Shown here: piece after piece, positions 18,803-22,339 of the stretch
Layout of the letters: each line of letters opens with the position of its first letter
Position numbering within the stretch: position 1 is the stretch's first letter
From: Tubiluchus corallicola
Taxonomy: Eukaryota; Animalia; Priapulida
NCBI GenBank assembly: GCA_030141605.1
Contig: JAQGDQ010002476.1
Location: 1-22,339, forward strand
Reading direction: 5' to 3'
Length of the DNA stretch: 22,339 bases
Notes under the pieces: model-generated
The model's database searches: none
The model's input: only the letters and a program-made list of their open reading frames with translations
What the model was told of the DNA's origin: nothing
Translations under genes and position numbers: made by a program

Positions 18803-20227
18803 ATGTCTGTTAGAGTGCGAATGGCACCAAGTCCCACGGGGCATCTTCATGTGGGCAATGCCAGGACAGCATTGTTCAACTATCTTTACGCAAAGAACAA
18901 AGGCGGAACGTATATCGTCCGCATAGAAGATACGGATATGGAGCGCTCCACTTCAGAAAGCGAAGATCTGATGTTAAAGGATTTTGAGTGGTTGGGACTT
19001 CCTTATGATGAGGGGCCAGAAAAGGACTCTGGCTATGGCCCTTATAGACAGTCACAACGTCTTCATATATACGAAGAGTATACTGACAAACTTCTCAAAA
19101 TAGGGAAAGCTTATCGCTGCTACTGCACCAAAGAGGAGCTTGACCTTGCAAGGGAAGAAGCAAAACGCCAAAATGTGGCTTACAGGTACGATGGTAAATG
19201 CAGAAACCTAAATGACACTCAGCAAACGAACAAGCCTTTTGCCATAAGATTCAGAACGACAGGAGAAAATATTTTGGTAAAGGACGTTGTAAAGGGGAAC
19301 GTCTCCTTCAATAGCGACGCTTTTGGAGATTTTGTCATCGTTCGCCCGGACGGTACTCCTATTTACAATTATGTATGTGCCATTGATGACCACCTGATGA
19401 AGATAACCCATGTCATAAGAGGAGATGATCACTTGAGCAACACCCCAAAGCAGGTGATGGTATACAACGCCCTCGGAATTGAAGCTCCAATATTCGCTCA
19501 TATTCCTATGATACTGGGAAGCGATCACTCAAAACTGTCCAAACGTCATGGAGAAACCAGCATTAACGAGTTTCGCATTAAAGGATACTTGCCGGAAGCT
19601 ATGGTGAATTATATGTCCCTCTTGAGCTGGTCTGATGAGGGTGAAAGAGAGATAATGACTGTGGATGAGCTAGTTCAGTCGTTTAGCTTGGAGAGAGTTT
19701 CAAAAAGCGCTGCGGTATTCGATTTTGGAAAACTGAACTGGATGAACGGAATATATATAAGAAATATGGATGAAGACAGATATGCGGCCCTTTGCAAAGA
19801 ATATATTACAAGCTCAGGCTTGATGTCTGCTTCAGATATCGAAAGCGATTATGAACACTACAAGAAGATAGTTCTATCCGTTAGGGGCAACCTTGACGTC
19901 TTAAGCGACATATCTAAGCATATAGATGTATACTTTGTTTATGATCTCCATTTGGATAACGAATATTTTAAGGCAGACAGTGCAAAAAACATATTGCAGC
20001 ATCTACTAGATGCAATACCTGATGCCAAATATATCCCCGCTACGGATTATGCCTCTATCATTAAGGGTGTACAAAAAAGCAGCGGCGCAAAAGGGAAGGC
20101 TCTGTACATGACCATAAGACTGGGCATCACGGGCAAGACCGAAGGACCAGAGATGGAGCACCTTATGACGCTCATCTCCACCTCCACTTTGAAGAATAGA
20201 ATAAGTAAAGCACTGGAAAGTTTATAA
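18803..20227 (+). CDS. gltX: Glutamate--tRNA ligase
   Basis: [14 protein letters not shown] (HIGH), RIEDTD, C-x-C-x20-Y-x3-C zinc motif, [14 protein letters not shown] and KLSKR (KMSKS); full C-terminal anticodon-binding domain; AGGAGG RBS. Confidence 0.96.
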   Translation: MSVRVRMAPSPTGHLHVGNARTALFNYLYAKNKGGTYIVRIEDTDMERSTSESEDLMLKDFEWLGLPYDEGPEKDSGYGPYRQSQRLHIYEEYTDKLLKIGKAYRCYCTKEELDLAREEAKRQNVAYRYDGKCRNLNDTQQTNKPFAIRFRTTGENILVKDVVKGNVSFNSDAFGDFVIVRPDGTPIYNYVCAIDDHLMKITHVIRGDDHLSNTPKQVMVYNALGIEAPIFAHIPMILGSDHSKLSKRHGETSINEFRIKGYLPEAMVNYMSLLSWSDEGEREIMTVDELVQSFSLERVSKSAAVFDFGKLNWMNGIYIRNMDEDRYAALCKEYITSSGLMSASDIESDYEHYKKIVLSVRGNLDVLSDISKHIDVYFVYDLHLDNEYFKADSAKNILQHLLDAIPDAKYIPATDYASIIKGVQKSSGAKGKALYMTIRLGITGKTEGPEMEHLMTLISTSTLKNRISKALESL

Positions 20228-20228
20228 T

Positions 20229-21570
20229 ATGTTTAAAATAGGAATAATAGGACGCCCTAACGTAGGGAAATCCACTCTCTTTAATAGGATTGTGGGCAAG
20301 AGGATCGCAATCACAGATGACATGCCCGGCGTAACGAGGGACAGAATAGAGATGCCAGCTGAGTGGATTGGCAAAAAATTCACAATGGTAGACACCGCAG
20401 GGTATGACTTGAAGGAAGATATCATCAAGAAGGAGATGCAAGGACAATTCCTGGCGGCAATCGATGAAGCTGATCTTCTGATATTGCTAACTGACGGGAA
20501 GGAGGGATTGCACTCCCTTGACGAAATAGTGGTATCTTTGTTGCGGGAAAGGGGCAAAGACTTTATCTTGGTGGTAAACAAGATAGATACTGAATCAAAA
20601 AAGATCTTTGCAAATGAGTTCTACGCTCTCGGTGTGGACAACCTTCACGCAATAAGCGCGACCCACGGTCACAGGGTATATGAGCTTATGGATGCCATAT
20701 CGGAATATATACCGGAAAATCATGACGAGGAAGATGAAAAGGATGACGGCAATATAAAAATCGCAGTCATAGGACGTCCAAACGTCGGAAAATCCAGCAT
20801 AGTCAACGGATGGTTAAATGAAGAGCGTTTGATCAACTCCCATTGCAGGCACCACCAGGGATGCAGTTCACACATATTTTGAATACGAAGACAGCAAGTA
20901 TGTCCTCATAGACACAGCAGGCATAAGAAAGAAGTCCGTTATGTTTAAGGATAAAATAGAGAAGTACGGCTACTACAGAAGTATAGACGCAATTGCTGAC
21001 GCCGACATAGCAGTGGCGGTTCTCGATTCAAATGAGGGTGTTACAGAACGGGACGTAAAAGTTATAGCGGAAGCCTGGGAAGCGGGACGCCCCATTGTAT
21101 TAGTCTTCAACAAATGGGATCTGAAAGAGAAAGGGAACGACACTGCAAAAGATATCCTTGATGATGTTGAAACAAAGCTGCAATTTCTCAACAATGCTCC
21201 AGTAATCTTCACATCTGCGATGACTAAGAAGAATCTATTTAAGGTATTTGATGCAGTTCAAGGACTGTACGAAAGATACACCATGCGTGTGGCAACCGCT
21301 GAGGTCAATACCGTTCTGGATGAGGCAATAGCAAGACATCAAGCACCTATACTGCACAACAACAGAAGGTTGAAGTTTTACTACATGACACAAGTATCTG
21401 CAAAACCTCCGACATTTGTCGTCTTTGTCAACTATCCGGATGCGGTACATTTTTCTTACTCCAGATTTATCACAAACATACTAAGGGATAAATTTGACCT
21501 AAAAGGCACACCAATAAAGCTGATATTGCGTCAAAGGAAAAGCACAAAAACGGAAAGTACAACACCTTAA
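20229..21570 (+). CDS. der: Ribosome biogenesis GTPase Der (EngA), frameshifted near 20835
   Basis: Two GTPase domains (GRPNVGKST…PGVTRD…DTAG…NKID and GRPNVGKSS…). After EERLI a shifted frame reads [17 protein letters not shown]…[15 protein letters not shown] into ORF 20941..21570 (NKWD, KH-like C-terminus). Confidence 0.93.
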
Positions 21571-21611
21571 AATACTAGCTTCTGTTCACGCTACATATAG
21601 ACATCTTTACG

Positions 21612-21640
21612 AAAAAGGGGGATTAATTTACCCCCTTTTT
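21612..21640. terminator. Bidirectional intrinsic terminator downstream of der
   Basis: AAAAA-GGGGG-attaattta-CCCCC-TTTTT. Confidence 0.8.
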
Positions 21641-21861
21641 ACATCTCCACGGCAATGACAAGATGCCGCAATCACTTGTATAATTATTGATGTGCATTAC
21701 TTGTGCAAATGTTCAATATTTTGCAAAACTTCATATTTACTAACTCATAATATGCACTTTTCATCAAAAAATGGGTAAAATTGACCGCTTTTGGCGTTTT
21801 ATGATGTTCATAATTATAGACATACTGATGCAAGCTTTATTGAGAAAATTGTGTCGAACGC

Positions 21862-21891
21862 AAAAAAAGGGTGTATTGTACACCCTTTTTT
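21862..21891. terminator. Bidirectional intrinsic terminator downstream of dnaJ
   Basis: A7-GGGTGTA-ttg-TACACCC-T6; U7 tail on the dnaJ (minus) strand. Confidence 0.85.
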
Positions 21892-21945
21892 AACATTGTA
21901 ATCAAACCGATTATTGTTACATAAAGCTACTTAAAATGCACACCT

Positions 21946-22339
21946 CTACGACGTGATCTTAATAAAGTCTGCCATCTTTTTCAGAAGGTTTTTATGCTTG
22001 ACATAGGAATCAGGAGCAAGTTCACCGTCCAAGCTTTTCATGGCTTCCTTTTGGGACTTGTTCAGCTTAGTAGGAATTAAAACCTTCAAAACTATGTGAA
22101 AGTCACCAACACCGTAGCCCTTTACATTTGGAACGCCCTCACCCTTGAGGATAATAACATCGCCCGGTTGACTGCCAGCCTTAATGGATATCTTTTTATT
22201 CCCTTTTAAAGTGGGCACTTCCAATTCCCGACCAAGGGCTGCGTCAGCAAATGTTATCGGCAACTCCATGATAATATTCAGTTCATCCCTTGTAAAGTGA
22301 TCATGCGGATTTACATGAACATGCAAAAACAGATCCCCG
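21946..22339 (-). CDS. dnaJ: Partial (3' end) molecular chaperone DnaJ
   Basis: Frame open from the window edge: GDLFLHVHVNPH-x-x-FTR…LPITFADAALG…VPTL…AGSQPG…LKGEGVP…GDFHIVLKVLIPTKL, the DnaJ C-terminal peptide-binding domain. Confidence 0.88.
   Translation of the reverse strand, partial: GDLFLHVHVNPHDHFTRDELNIIMELPITFADAALGRELEVPTLKGNKKISIKAGSQPGDVIILKGEGVPNVKGYGVGDFHIVLKVLIPTKLNKSQKEAMKSLDGELAPDSYVKHKNLLKKMADFIKITS

Noticed and set aside
21601-21651. ACATCTyyACG direct repeat flanking the der terminator as an insertion target duplication
   Set aside because: Short, imperfect and encloses only a hairpin; no mobile element evidence.
21741-21770. dif-like site
   Set aside because: Only partial resemblance; no proper XerD arm (TTATGTTAAAT) or symmetric arms.

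Overview
A gene-dense, AT-rich chromosomal window of mostly housekeeping and metabolic genes. The gene set and protein style suggest an anaerobic Gram-negative bacterium, possibly Deferribacterota, but this is inference and not a search result. Left to right: the 3' end of a probable Gfo/Idh/MocA oxidoreductase, dlgD/yiaK, an orphan prepilin-type protein, an RND adaptor and permease followed closely by a LarA-superfamily (nickel-pincer-type) protein, a minus-strand block ccmE-ccmF-ccmA-ccmB-ccmC / TPR protein / hisB-hisH-hisA-pgpA, then ccdA, ldhA, gltX, der, two bidirectional terminators and the 3' end of a convergent dnaJ. Five genes (RND adaptor, RND permease, ccmC, ccdA, der) are split by 1-2 nt indels, most likely uncorrected assembly errors. 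The most notable points are a System I* cytochrome c maturation locus (CcmE with CxxxY; no ccmD/G/H/I in the window), the RND-LarA coupling near sugar-acid enzymes, a terminator-insulated ~220 bp element between der and dnaJ, and a possibly structured region upstream of gltX. I saw no mobile elements, CRISPR arrays, rRNA or tRNA, and no clearly new multi-gene system; the candidates are listed with honest scores.
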